Part shown: positions 38,266 to 52,795 of the stretch, one piece after another
Position numbering within the stretch: position 1 is the first letter of the stretch
How the letters are laid out: every line of letters begins with the position of its first letter
Assembly: GCA_964188305.1 (NCBI GenBank)
Contig: OZ076886.1
Origin: Podarcis bocagei
Lineage: Eukaryota
Direction: 5' to 3' (one strand)
Length of the DNA: 64,000 bases
Translations under genes and position numbers: made by a program
Notes under the pieces: generated by a model
What the model saw: the letters and a program-made list of their open reading frames with translations, nothing else
Database searches by the model: none
Told to the model about the DNA's origin: nothing

Positions 38266-41200
38266 ATAAGCAGTTAAGAAAGCAGAAAATGCAAAACAAT
38301 ACCTTTTAACACTGTAAGAAACATTGCTTTGAATGCTAAGTGGTCTGAAAGAGATCTGGGGCACTTAAATATCCCGTCTTATGCTGTGATATAAACCAGT
38401 TAGAAATGTTTTCCATGAAAGACAGGTAAGCAACAACACATGCCAGTCAGGAAGCAGGAAAACACTAAGATATTTTGCTTATGTGTATGCATATTTCCCA
38501 AAATATAAGTGGATGAATCATAATGTGTTTTGAAAATGTTGCCTCTTTAGGAGGGGTGCATTTTGTAAAACTTTTTCCTAAGATGATACTGACAGATGGT
38601 GTATGTAGCTTGTTCCCATCTGAAGAACGAGCAACAGTGGAGACCTCTGTAATCTAAATAATCCTTATAAAAATCCTTTTTATCGTGTTATTACTACATT
38701 TAGAATTGAACTACTGGAATCAGAATTAAAAGCTTGTTCCTGAACCAAGTATGCTGGTGATCCCACACAACTTATCTCTTTCTGAAGATTACTCGTACTC
38801 TTAGCAAGTGATAAATACTTATTATTGATAGCCATCTGGTCAAATATTGATGATCTACTGGGCAATCTAGCACAAAGTTTCTGAATTTCAAATGCAAAGC
38901 AAGTATGGCATTTAATCGCTTTAACTTTTATCTGTTATCTCTTTTGAGTTGTTGCACTGGGTGAGGGAACTGTTTGTGACACACTCTCACAGAGAGAAGA
39001 TAGTAAAAATTCATTATTCCAAAAGGCTCTTATATACTATCAACATTTAACATCAATATTACAGGGTCAAGAAAGTTACCATTAATGTGTGAACATGTAT
39101 CATATTTATTATTCCATAGTAAAATAACCCTGTCCGCGAAAATGCTCATTAAAAGTCTACCTTTCCCGCCATTTACCCCATTCTCTGCATTTCATCAGTA
39201 GCACACTTTCAGGGATGTCTAACTCACACCCAGGGCGCACCTATAATTTCCCACTAAAAATAAACTGATGGTGAAGGAGGCCTGTACTAGAAATACCAAA
39301 ATACCTCTGGACCCATTCTGCTCTAGATGGTGTTGCCTCATTAATACCCTGATCCACAGCAATCTCCATCATTTGGGTGACATGCAAGCAAGATGGTGAA
39401 AGCAGGCTCAGGGGAACGCCCAAACCAGCTTCATGATAGAGCAATTTCAGGACCCTAGACAGCACCATAGGTTCTTTATACTGTACTCAACACTAATGTC
39501 TCATAACCAGTGTACCGGTAACTGATCTGTAGAAAAGACTGTACAACTTGAAAAGAGAGACAAGACATGTACTTTTGCAGTCCAATAAAATCTTTTATAA
39601 ATACTAACAAACAAAAAACAAAAATAAGAGTTCAAGACCACAAACAGCACCTAAGGGCAGGAAAGAATAGAGTTGCCTCAGCCCTGGCTTGTTGCAGCTG
39701 CCAGAGTTCTGTAGTTTGGTCTGGAGAATCCAGACCCTACTAATTAAAGGGCCTTTGGTGCTGTCACTGGCTTCATCCTAGACAACAGGGTCTTTATCCT
39801 CAGAAGAGACAGTGATCTAATCGTCAAAGATCAAACGCGAAGGGATTTTGGGGCTACACACAGAATCTCATGTCAATGTGTTTACTCAGGATGAGATAGT
39901 TAATGGGTCCATATCAGCTCAGGAACACTAGGTCTGAGGGCTCCAGGGCCATAGCAGATAGAATATCCCCCCCCAAAAAAACCTCATTTTTTATGAGGTA
40001 AGAATAATTAGAAAGACTTAGACTGTTCTACATCTAGCCAGATAGAAAATAACTGAACCACGACTCTCATCAGAACCTTTTTCTAGGAGGGTTGTCAAGC
40101 AATTAAAGATCATATGTTTTTCAGCTGATTGCATCTAAATATATTTGCATGTAAACAAAGGCTAACCAGAAGTGCCTTTTGAGATACTGAAGGAAATTCA
40201 AGATAACTTAATGAACAACCGCTGCCACATTATTAAAAGGAAAGTCATCTTTCTTATTTTCTGTTTCATTGCCTATTACAGCAAGACACCACAGTCAAAT
40301 AGCCTTTAAAAAAAATAAACAAATGGGTCTTTAAATCACAGCTCCACTGATTAAATTTGGCCTGACCAATTAAAATTGGCCCTTTTCAATAAATCAGCTA
40401 ACACTTTAATTGATTAATCTTCCAATTAAAATTTGCACCTCACATTTCTAGGTCTGCAGGTTATTTTAACTTAGTGCCTTGTAAGCAACACAAAGCAGTC
40501 ACTGGGTGCAGGAAAAATGAACAGCGGAAAGAAGAGCTAGAGAAAAACCGAGTCAAACTAGTGTTAGGATGTACAGGTGCTTTAGTAATAGCAACTCTTT
40601 TAAATTAGCAGAAATTGCATAATACCTTTTTATTCATGTGGGTGGTGTATTCTAAGCTCTATTCTCATAGGAATATAGCAGCAGTTCTGTTGGATCTGAA
40701 AAAATGTTCAACTAGTCCAGTTTACTGTTCCACACAAGGCCAACCAAATGCGTCTGGGAAGCTCACAAGTAGGACCCAGCAACTGGTTCTTTCTGAAACC
40801 TGGAAACTGCCCAGTCATTGTAGTGGCCATCATAGATTTATCCTCCATGATATTTTAAGTCATATTGTTGTATTGCATATTATGTGAAATCCGTAATTGA
40901 GAACTCAGTTGTGTTTCTCTTCCTTAATATTACAGAGCAGAACCTCAGCATGATATGGTAAAAACAGAAAAACCTCTATCACTTCACTCAGGGATTTTTG
41001 ATTTCCACCAGTTTCTCCCCTCACCCCCACTGCGCCACATCTCCATGATGTGAGAGAGTCGTCCAACCACAAGGGATGACTTCTTGGTAGGTGGGAAAGC
41101 CCAATTCCCAATGGAATTCTGACAAAGGCTCTCTGGCTACGCACCATAATGTGGTGGAAACACTAAGCATTTTCCTTTTTTTTTGCTGAATGTTTCTATA

Positions 41201-43077
41201 AGCTAAACATTAGGCCTAAATCCAGAGTTCAGCCACCTACAAGTTTACAAATTAAAATGGGTAGAAGATAATGGCAACACACTGGAAAAGGTAATTGGAT
41301 AACAAGCAGAAAGTCACTCTGTGGCATACTTATCAGCTGTAAGTCAGACCACTCTTCACAGCCTGAGCCCTGCATATCTCAGATCTACCCATTAGTTGGG
41401 CTTCAGTGAAGCTTTTTTCCAGTTATATGAGTATAGGACTGATGCCTTAAACAATCAATGAGGCAGCAGGTTTTTTTTTTTTTTAACATTTTCAGTATGT
41501 TTTCATTTGTTTGGAATATTGATAAATGGCTGAACATTCCAACATACCATAGAAGTATGTAACAACAAAAATGCAACAAGTTGAAATGGATAATGCAATT
41601 CTCAAAAGAGAAATCAGATACAGCCCAAAAAATTCATCCTTCTGGGAAAGCCTAAAAAAAAGAATAAAAAAAAAACGTTTTTAGCATCCAGTTCACCATC
41701 TACAATGCTGCAGCTTGTGTAACTTCAAAGGGCTGTGGGTTCCACAGAGTGCGTGCTAGGCAGGACCTAGTCTGAGCCACCATGTATGTGACAACACAAG
41801 GAAAGCTTCACCCAGATGACCAAGGTGAATGTGCAGGAATATAGGGGGAGCCTTCAGAAAGTTATTTAGGGGTTTGCACACTAACAGTAAAAACTTAAAA
41901 TTTAACCCAGTAAGCCTATTGGCTGTTTTAGTATTTGGTACTTATAAAAACCGCAGATGGCAAGTCCCATCTTCAGAAAATAAATAAATTCCAACCCCTT
42001 TTATCATATAGAAGTCAAAGTCTTTTCTTAGGGTTAGGCCTGCTACAACACAAATACACCCTTGCTTCTTGCTTCAGAATTATTAAATCTTGATAGATCA
42101 ACTTAAAATTCACATGATTAATGAATGATCAGAAAAGGGCTGTAACTTGATGACAAAGAACTTGTTCTGAATGTAGAAGGCCCCATGTTCATTCCCTGAC
42201 ATTTCCAGGTAGAATTGGAAGAGACTGTTGTGACTCAGTCTAAGGCAGCTTCCTATGTTCATATGGCTAAATTTTAAATTAAATTGCTTTTATTGATTTG
42301 TTTATTATTACTATTAATCTGAAATTATTATTACTATTAATCTGAAATCAAGCAATTGGAGGGAGGCCTTTTTTAAGAAAAGAAAGAGACCTAATTAAAA
42401 ACAACAACACACAAAGTGGTTAAATTTTGACATCCTGTTTGATTACAATCTGAGCTATCTGGAAACACGTAAAGTATTTAAACATGTAAAGCATTTAAAT
42501 AATGTACTGCTATCTTAAATACATTTAATTGATTTGTATTTTACCACAACACTCTGACTGCTTCCTTTCCAATTCAATAAAAATATTTTTATTAGATTTT
42601 TTACACCATTTAATAAGAATGAATAACGTATGTAGAAGAGAAATTGCAAGATATTTATTTTTACATCCTTCCCATAAGTTTTACTGCATAATTATTTGCC
42701 TACTTGAAACTGACAGCTTTGGCCATCTGTCAGATTAACTAAAGCAGTTTTAAGCACACAGGAAAGCAATCAGAAAAGCAAAATCTTTGCCTCAACTGCT
42801 ATTGGAATGAAATATTTAAAAAGAAAAAGACCTCCAACTGCAATAATTTGAACCGGAACTCTTTTTTAAGGTAATCTCTTCACATACAAATCAGATTTTA
42901 CACAAACATGCATAGATCCAGAACCTTTGTTACAAATATGGGAAGAAATTTCTATTTCAAATCTACCATGCCAGGTCAATTAGCTCAATAATTCAATTTC
43001 TAGACTGACTGACCATATGAATTGCAGCGTTTCAAGCAAAGTGTCAAACGTAATTGTTTCTTGAAATGCATACTTGA

Positions 43078-43299
<222 letters not shown>

Positions 43300-46200
43300 A
43301 AGCCTTAAGAACTGGGTATGGGTATGGGCTGGTCCAGCTGTATGGACTTCAAATATGAACAACCCTTCCTTCACGTACTCTGATTTGTTCCTTCACTCCC
43401 TGGTTTGTGTGCCATGATGCTCATTCAGACAAACCATGGTCTGGATGCAACATCTGAACTGGGTCTAAATCACTAAGATCTGAAGGGGGAAGTGGGGCTT
43501 GTAAGTCAGGGCTGTGTCTACTTTAATATACATAAAAAGCTCAGTCTCAAAAAAGACCGGAACAAGATAGTTAGAGATCCAGCTAAACTTGGTATTTCAT
43601 ATTAAAATTCTGAAATGAATGGAACATTGGTTTTCTTTCTGAATCTGACACTCTTAGCAATTCCATCACATGACTATAACTTGGGCATGATGGAATCATT
43701 TCGGTCCCCCATTCCTTGTTTTGGTTAGCTTGAATCAGAATTTCTGAAGCTGCCAGATTTTGGGTTTCAGATTTTATAGCTTATTTTCCCTGACAAACTC
43801 CTTTATAGCAACTCTGTATTAATTGTACCAAAGTGCACCTAACATCCTTCACATTGTAGAAAGGTGTTCCTTCTAAATAAAGCCTAGCAGTCAGCATAAA
43901 TACTGATGTAGGAAAATGTTGAGAACCAGACTTTTCCAGATCTTTCATACAATAAAATATTTAACTATAATTCAGGAAAACACCCTGTGACTGTTATATT
44001 CCATTTTAATCAAAGCACACAAATAAGATTTTTTTTTAAGCTCTGCACTACTCAAAGTAACTTTGAACTAGGGGGAAATTACTTCTTCTGAAACAACAAA
44101 TGATGGCTTGGATCCTAAAAATAAGTTAAGGAAGTTCAGAGAAGGAAAATTTGCTGTCTCCTCCTCCTCTTCCCTGCACAGTTTCTCTGAATGCCCGGGG
44201 AACCCTCCTGAGCAATGTGGGATAGACACAGGGGGCTGCTCAGGAAAATGAGAAATGTCCAGAATTGGACATGCTCCCTTCCCCTGGGAAACCCTGAGCC
44301 CCATACATAGTGGATCTGGAACCCCCTCTCTCTGGGAAGGCTTTTCAGGAGGTACAGCCATCTGCAGGAGGGGAGGCAAGAATGAAGAACTCTTTGTCTA
44401 TAATCTTCATTACACTGACTGATTGATCAAAGGATCCAGGCCAAAGCACTTCCTGTCCAGGGGACTTGTAGTTTAAACAAATAGATAAGACCTATCTTTG
44501 ATAAGTCATGACAGCACAAAAGGTTAACTTAGGCAGAAATATTTATAACCTAGCCTATCTTAATGGGTTGAGGCACACATAACATTGCACAGTGTTGGGA
44601 TGTAAATCAGTTTCTGAAAACATAGCTGTGTGGAACACTGATAGAAGAAAAGGAAAACACTAAGGCATATCCTCCCTTTTCTCCCTGTGTGGTTGCTCCT
44701 AGGTGCACATTCCTGGAGGCTGCTGGCACTGGCATGGAGACTCTCCATGTGCTTGGTCCAATCCATGTGGTAAGTGCCAATGTTATAGCTCCTGTCACCA
44801 GAGGGAAACATTTTTCAGTGGCTTCTAAAAAGAGCAGGAGTTCCTTGAATGCTGGGAGTCAGGAAAGGAACAGATCACTGGATACCTCTCTGTGAACTGC
44901 AGGATAGCTTCACATTGTTGATAACAGATAATGCTGCACATGACCAGCTAAGAGCTGGCAGAGGAGGATTTTTCATTTTCGTGGCTACAGAAGTAAGTTT
45001 CTGTGATGCTAAGAGAGACAAATGAGACCCAAATCAAGTTTTCTAAGATGTGTTTCTTAGATCACACCAATATTTTAAAGCTAAAATGTTACTTTCCACC
45101 ATTTGGAATAAACAATTCTGGAAGAATATTGCACCATCATTTAGCATGCCTGAGAGCTACATTTTAAAATGATAATGGACTTACATGAATTACAAGCACC
45201 AAAATATATCAGTTATCTGCAGCCATGAGATCCATGTTACTGATGTGCCTTTAGTTTACCCACCCTTCTGTTGCAGCATCCTTTAAAGATGGACCACAGA
45301 TGCCAAGTTCAGATGTTAACCTGAGCACGTTTTTCAACATTACCACCACATCTCCCATTATGGAAACACTGGAGTGTGTTCTTCCATCAATTCATCCCAC
45401 AGCATTACAGCAACATTCTGATATATGGACAACTAGTTGCAGGGACTTCCAGGATCTGCAACAACCTATGTTCAAGGTTACAGACTGAGCATCCACAGCT
45501 GACCAGTTCACATGTTATTCATGTGAAGACGGGTGTCCTGATCCAGCAGAGATAAGCAACATGCAGAAGAAAGTTCCACATCAGCATTCAATCACAGGCC
45601 TGGTCTTAATATTTGTCAGACTGAGACAGATGTGTTTGAGTGTCATGAAATAGCAGGAAATGGTTTGTTTATTCACAATTAATTTATTATTAGTATATTT
45701 TTACTTCCAAGTACAGTGGCCAGTTCTTGTGGGGTTTTATGGCTCAGTGCCAAAATAACATGACTGGTTTAGGCACTATGTACCTTGGGGAGGGGGTGCC
45801 ACTTATAGCAGTTCAAACCCAGCACCTACAGTTATCCATGGGGTGGTACATGCTGAATGAAGTCAATGTACACAGCCTGTTGCAAATGTTTGGTGTCATG
45901 GGCTCTGAAATTGTCACCTTTTTCTGGAAGGGAAAGGCTCAGAATTCAGGCTTTACCTTTCCTCTGATATGTGCTGTGTGAGCAGGTATTTCAACCATCT
46001 GTTAACAGTACAGACAGCATCATCATACCTTGCTTATGAGTTTCCAAAGGCACCTTGCTGGTCAAGCTGAAAGCAGAATCATAGAAAAGATTGCTTTGGT
46101 CTGATCCACCAAGACCCTTCTTCAGCTCTTGCTTTGAACATGTGTTATTTGGATTTAGGAGGAAATCTGCATCAGGAAAAGGATGGTGCTCACAAGCACA

Positions 46201-46700
46201 AACACCCCACTTGTTATTTAGATTTTTGATGCAACATTACAAATAAGTAAAATTTATTGACAGTTCACACTATGCTCATATTTCAGCATTGAGAATTAGA
46301 TTACATATATTTAAAAGTCTTTATTTAAAAACTATGTTAGAAAGTATTGTGTATGATGACAGTCTACACCTCTGGAATGCCTTCCAGAAGGGTTTCCTTT
46401 GTATGTACCTGCAAGCTGGGGATAGCTTTCAGTAACACTAACTGTATACAGAAAATACATGACGTGCTGCCATTTTTTTAAAAAAAAAGTGAAATGAGGT
46501 ACTTAAGTGAGAATGTTTGTAAAATACTGTATAGCACATATTACATATTCTTAAACTACTGTACTTGAAATTCCTCTGCTTTGCAGAGGAAAGTGAACTT
46601 TTGGAAGAAAAATTTAAGAATACCACAGTCAATCTTCTATGAACAGTATCTTAATTAAAGGTTTATGTACTCCTACAGTATAATAAATACCTATTCCTCC
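43300..46700 (+). other. INSYN2B: Probable INSYN2B 3' UTR with proximal (~43876, ~43951) and distal (~46654 ATTAAA, ~46682 AATAAA) poly(A) signals
   Basis: Directly follows the stop codon; AU-rich UTR-like terminal block at 46240-46700 ends in clustered poly(A) hexamers. The true end cannot be determined from sequence alone. Confidence 0.45.
44105..44442. mobile_element. TIR element (GGCTTGGATCCT...AGGATCCAGGCC) within the probable INSYN2B 3' UTR
   Basis: 11/12 terminal inverted repeat; interior resembles 55130-55320. Confidence 0.5.
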
Positions 46701-48763
46701 TACCCACAGTGACAACTCTTGGAAAATAAGCAGGCTCCAATACAGATTACTTTCCTGATAAAATGTATTACTCAAATATACTATTTTGTATATTTCTAGA
46801 TTCTTTTATTGGCATAATATCTTTTGCAATAAATGGACATATTTTTTCTGTCTCCGGATTCTAACTTGATAGCAGAGTTTATGGTAACTGAAGGTAAGGC
46901 ACTCATTCAAAACCGGCAAAACTCTTGCTTTCCAAATGGTCTTTCCCCCACTTATTTATTAATTTTGCAAGGTCAGTTTTACAACATCTGGTCAGGATTC
47001 AGCTCCATGTTGAACATGGCACACATTTTTTTTTCCTAGGTGTGCCTCGGATGGGTTTTCATACATTTTCAAAGGCAGTAAACATCACTATATCACTGCC
47101 ATTTGGCCACCTGCCTACAGATATATCTCATGTCTCATGCTTTTCTTTCACAATCAGTTAAATAGCCATCTGGATAGAGCTGTTTTGATGGAGGATTGCT
47201 TTAATCATGTTTCTTGAGTATGCGAAGTAAAGCAAATAGACCTACCAGACTGGCTACTTTCTATGAAAAGAACTCTTTCACAACAAAGAAAAACATGGCA
47301 AAAGAAAACACCAAGAGATTCAGTTACCACACAATATGCACTGTAATGAACTCAACAGAATATTTTAAATAGAGCTACAAAATATATTCCTAGTCTCACA
47401 GCTGATGTTATTAGTCAGCGTTAGAAACTGAACTTCACCTTTCCCAATTATTTTTTAAAAAAATCAAAGCACTTTACAACCTCCTCCTTCCCCTCCTACT
47501 GAACCTGTAAGGTATAACACACAGGGCCACAGCATGAGTAATGGTGCTGTAGAGTGCCTAGTCCAGGAATGGGGGCACCTCTGATCCTCCAAATGTTATT
47601 GGACTACAACTTCCATGATCCATGGCCTCCAGCTGGAACAGATGGTAGCTGATGTCCCACCACATTTGGAGGGCCACAGGTTTCCCATCCGTGGTTTAGT
47701 CACTGCCCCCCCCCCACAGCAACCTCTTTCCAGCATTCACTCGACAGCTACCTAGTTCATTAACATTGTCCTTGCTGTATAAAATTGTGCATTCTCATTT
47801 CTTAAAATCAGATTCATCATTTTCTCAAAAACACCAAAGCAACCTACCAAAGTTAATTAAATATATGAGTTAATATAAAGTAAGATAGACAGACAGACAG
47901 ATACAACATCAAACATGTCAACAGTTCAGTCTCTCAGTGGCTTTCAATCATGCGGTTAAAGGGGCGTGTGAGTCACAAATCTGAGTCATCTTTTTTGTAA
48001 TAAAATAAAAAGTTAAGCCACAAGAAGCAAGAAAAGAGACAAACTCACAAGAAAGTTTCCTATAGCTGACTCCTCATTTTAAGATATGCTTAAAATGTCT
48101 GTTCCTGCAATTAATTTGTCTCTTACTCTACCAACTTCAAGTCTCAGAGAGTTATATTAGCAGATTCTTAACTTTGGTTACTTTATAAAATCTGATAAGC
48201 AGCAGGGGTATACTTTTCCCCCTAGATACTTTCCAAATTGCTGGGTATCTCATGGCATCTCAATGCATAAAATAAGAAGAATCCTACTGCTCAGCACAGC
48301 TTATCTGTCAGCATTTAAAGCACAATTACCATTAGAATAAAGCAACTAAAATTAACACAATAGGGTTCCTTATTAATTTCCTTGCTTATCAAATCCTGTG
48401 AGTTTCATTATACTTGTCTCCATATCAAAACAACTTATTTTTGAAAGAGTCGCACCACTTGCAGATTTCTTTTCTGAGGTTTTGCCCTTCCTAGTCAGCC
48501 CCACTCACTGCCTAGGGTACCCGATTCTGGATATGCCTGTCATCAGAAAGCTATCCGCTTCCCTTTCTCAGGCAGATGCACATCAGCAGTAACTGCTTAA
48601 CAAAAAGCATATGCAAGAGAAATTATGGGCAGTTCAAACCAAACTAACCCGCCCGTTCAGACAGGAGTTCAGACAGTCTAGTGCTGACCCACTCCTACCC
48701 CATGTGTCCACCCTCTGGTGTGCTTGAGAAGGAATACTACACACACTCCAACATAAGCATGTA

Positions 48764-49653
48764 GAGTGAGGGGGGAAAGTATTTGATCCCCTGCTAACTT
48801 TACCCATTTGCCCTCTGACGAAGAAATGACTAGTCCATAATTTTAATGGTAGGTTTATTCTAGCTGTGAGAAACAGAATAACAACAGAAAAACACCCAGA
48901 AACCCAGAAGACAAAAGTCAGAGATTGATGTGCATTATAATAAATGAAATAAGTATTTGATCCCCTATCAACCAGCCAGATGTCAGGCTACCTGATATCT
49001 TCACTGTATAGAACGAGCTGAGATTAGAAGCACCTGCTGTAAGGGAAAGGTCTTACCTGTAATCCCAGTTCATTACAGTACCAGTACAAAAGACACCTGT
49101 CAACAGAAGCAATCAATCCAGCAGATTCCAAAGTAGCCACCATGATCAAGACCAAAGACCTGTCAACCTGCACAAGGCTGGACTGGGCTACAAGACTATT
49201 GCCAAGCAGTTTGGTGAGAAGGTGACAAAAGTTGGTGCAATAATTTGCAAATGGAAGAAACACAAAATAACTGTCAACCTCCCTTGGTCTGGGGCTCCAT
49301 GCAAGATCTCATCTCGTGGAGTTGCAATGATCATGAGAACGGTGATGAAGCAGCCCAGAACTACACGGGGAACTTGTCAATGATCTCAGGGCAGCTGGGA
49401 CCATAGTCACCATGAAAACAGTTGGTAACACACTACGCCATGAAGGACTGAGATCTTGCAGAGCCCACAAGGTCCCCTTGCTCAAGACAGCACATGTACA
49501 GGCCTGTCTGCAGTTTGCCAATGCACATCTGAATGACCCAGAGGAAAACTGGGTGAAAGTGTTGTGGTCAGAAGAGACCAAAATTGAGCTCTTTGGCATC
49601 AACTCAACTCGCTGTGTTTGGAGGAGGAGGAATGCTGCCTACGACCCCAAGAA
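48764..49653 (+). mobile_element. Tc1-family DNA transposon, left IR/DR plus 5' half of a defective transposase
   Basis: TA|(C>G)AGTGAGGGGGGAAAGTATTTGATCCCCT with inner direct repeat AAGTATTTGATCCCCT at ~48953. ATG at 49142; remnants [44 protein letters not shown]. Frameshifted and 3'-truncated. Confidence 0.92.
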
Positions 49654-52600
49654 TGCTCCTTGCCTGGGGCACCATTTGCTCTAGGATGGGACCTGATCCT
49701 GACTTCCTGTATATCATACGGGAATGACTAAACATAATTGAGTTTGCTAGATTATATTTAGGCGAAATGCTTTCTGTGGCAGTGAATTAATGGATGCAGT
49801 TTTAACAATTATGAGGACCGCATTGTTGTTTAGCAGTCACCCAAAAACTAAAGACAAATGACCATAAAACACTCACCAAGCCAAAGGTTCATTGCTGGTG
49901 AACGGCCTAACACTGAAAGCGATCAACTGTACATATGTGTACTTGTACAAGGATGATAAGGATAAGAAATCTAGGAGTGTTGCTGAAAAGGTTGCCCAGT
50001 GCCACTTTGATTATGTATGGCACCCTTCCTGGCACCAAGAAAGTGCCAAGTAACTTAAGAATGCAAATGAGAGGCAACAGGCCTAAGCCAGGAATATCTG
50101 ACCTAGAAAAGCAGGCTGCCTGTGTGACACAGCCACTGCAGGAAGCAACCACACCACTGAACGCTATATATATGCACTAGATGTGAATGCTGAAACACTT
50201 CCAGCCAGAAGCAGGTGAGTCCTGTAAGTGATCTATAAACAAGCCCCCGAATCCTTAGTCAGGGAGATGTAATAGCAGAAGCAATGGCTGCTTTGAATGG
50301 ACTGCAGCAAACCAACATCACAGTCCTCCTGAGTCTTTCCTCTCCACGCCAGAGGCAATATTATCTACTTGTCTTAATTCCAGCTGTAGCTATACCAGTT
50401 AAAATATGCTATTGTGGAACTGGAAAAACAGCTCTTTATTATTTATTACAATCATTTTAGTAAGTTGTAGCCCACTTTTTATATAAAACATAACCTCACA
50501 GCTGCTTACGTCATAAAGATAATAATGCAAATCTATCCAGTGTGAAATTATAAAGTCCTTCAGACAGGCATTTCTTTTTCCAGCAAGAAGAAATGCATCA
50601 GTTTGTGAGGGCATAGGCTCCAAATAAGTGGGGAAACTCATTTGCAGGCAATTCCAACAACCATGGGATTGTTTAAGTTGATGTAGCATAGCAGCTAAGA
50701 GATGGAACTGAGAATTCGCAAGTCCCCAGAGTTTCCTGTTCTCTGCATGAGCTCACTATGTGGTCTTAGGCAAGCCATTCCCTCAGACTCTCATCTGCAA
50801 AATTAGCATAAAAATACTCACCTATCTTCCACTGTTGCTTTGGAGTATTTGAAAGTGCTCTAGTATGATTATTAATATAAAGTATGATTATTAATATAAG
50901 ACAACCTTCCAAAGAAGTCCACAAAAATGACTCTACCACCAAGTATTTTTGCTTGCCAGGTCTCATAAAAGGCCTATGCACCAGAAAAGAAGCCAAACTA
51001 TATCCCACTTAAACAAAGCTGAACCGCTGCCTATTCACCAGGAGAGTATTTTGATTCTCCACAAATGACTAAGCAAGTGGCAGCTTACTTTAGGACATGG
51101 TAGCCATTTGGTTCATTTCTCAGTGGGGTCTATTGTGTGGTTTGATACTATAAGTACTCCTTCCACATGCCAGTCTAGATAAAACATCGCTCTTTGACAG
51201 TCTGTTTTTTTTATACATGGAGCTTCACTTTTTTTTCACTTCACAGCTGAGACAGCTTTCACAGCTAAAATTTATGAGGGCAGCATTGTACATCATTCTC
51301 TGAAGCAAGTTATTGTGTTTGGAATTTTTTATGGGAAGAAGAATGACACGTTGATTTGACCACCTTATATGCAGAAGCTTAAAAATTGAAAATATATATT
51401 TTTTAAATTAATATACCAATATATGAAAACAAAGCTGAGTTTGGACAATCTCATTTTCACACAAAAAACATTTACAGATGATGTTAATAATATATGTTTT
51501 CTACTGCTTGAAATCTAACACACAATGAAAAGCAGGCATTAACTCGGTTGGAATCAAGCTGACATCATTATGATGCCACAAGACAAAAGCGATCGTCTGG
51601 TAGCCATGGACACAATAGATAACACAAAATAAACACATGGGGTCTGTAAGTGGCATTGTATTATGAACAAATCTGTACACAAGTAGCTTTTAAATGTGAA
51701 GAATAATGCACAGGAATCAAAACTGTTTGTAGCACAGCTGTTTTGGAGTATTTACATTTGCAAACAAACTGGCAGCCAGATACCATACTGTCATTTAAAT
51801 TGCCAAGCCAATCGTTTTTTGACAGCCAACTATATCAAACGATGCTGCGGGGGGGGGGGGGATAGCACAGTTATTTTGATTTTCTTGATACCTTTTTCTT
51901 GCAAAGTATCTTAAGCTCTGTTGAAAAGAACCCTGTTTTCAACAGTGTGGTTACTTCCTGTCTTTATAAAATGCTTAGCTATCAACATTTTATTCAAGTA
52001 CCTTCTGATCTGCCAAATACATAATACTGTCAGGGTTGATTTCTTCTTTGCTACAGCTAAACTGTTAGCTGTAAAGGAACCAATAACAGATGAGGGTCAG
52101 GCATGTCAGCGCACCTTCCCAAGAGCCTCCTTATGAGGATAAAGAACACTCAACACTGGTTCTAAACCTCTCAATTATCTCTTACCTTCTGAAGTAGACG
52201 AGGTCACCCAAATATTGGGAAAGCACTTATTGTTGGCAAAATATGCTCCTAGGGATTTTGGTTGTGGTTGTTCATTTGTCCAGGTGCAATTATTTGCCAC
52301 ACAATGTTTAGTATTCATTTTATCCTGCTTTTCTTTTTTCAAAACAAGCACCTCAGGCAGTTAGCATTAAAAACTCCAACAGCATAAACAACAAATGAAC
52401 TCAGGAAACCAGGGAAAGGACATCACCATCCCCTTCTCCACTTTTGCCAGCTGCACCAATGCTGGCCTTAGAGGGGAGAAGCCAAGTGGCAGGTGGCCTG
52501 AGCAGGCCAATGGAAGGGGACTGGCTAGTTCCCTCTGCCTGCAGCAGGATGGCTGTGTACTGATGGGCTTTGCTCTGGGAGGTGCAGCCTTCAAACATGC

Positions 52601-52699
52601 CAGGGAGGCTATTGCCTGCTAGTTCTACATCTTCCACTAATGGTGCTTGTGTGCCCAGAGCTCTAGCAGTGAAATGTATTTACAAAACCGATTACTCAC

Positions 52700-52795
52700 A
52701 ATTAAGGTGTCATCTCTTCCCATTCTAATGACAGCCCTGTTAATGGTGCGCAGCAGCTGGACCATTATTTCTTGTATGTGCTGATGAGTTGACTT
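52700..52795 (-). CDS. DOCK2: DOCK2 internal coding exon (~human exon 27), 96 bp
   Basis: Encodes [32 protein letters not shown]. Acceptor gcatttgctttacag| and donor |gtgagt, phase 0/0, in frame with the preceding exon. The INSYN2B nesting supports DOCK2 over DOCK1. Confidence 0.94.

Noticed and set aside
42302-42347. 23-bp tandem duplication (also a 19-bp one at 50862-50899)
   Set aside because: Ordinary slippage duplications in AT-rich intron; two units without spacers, so not an array.
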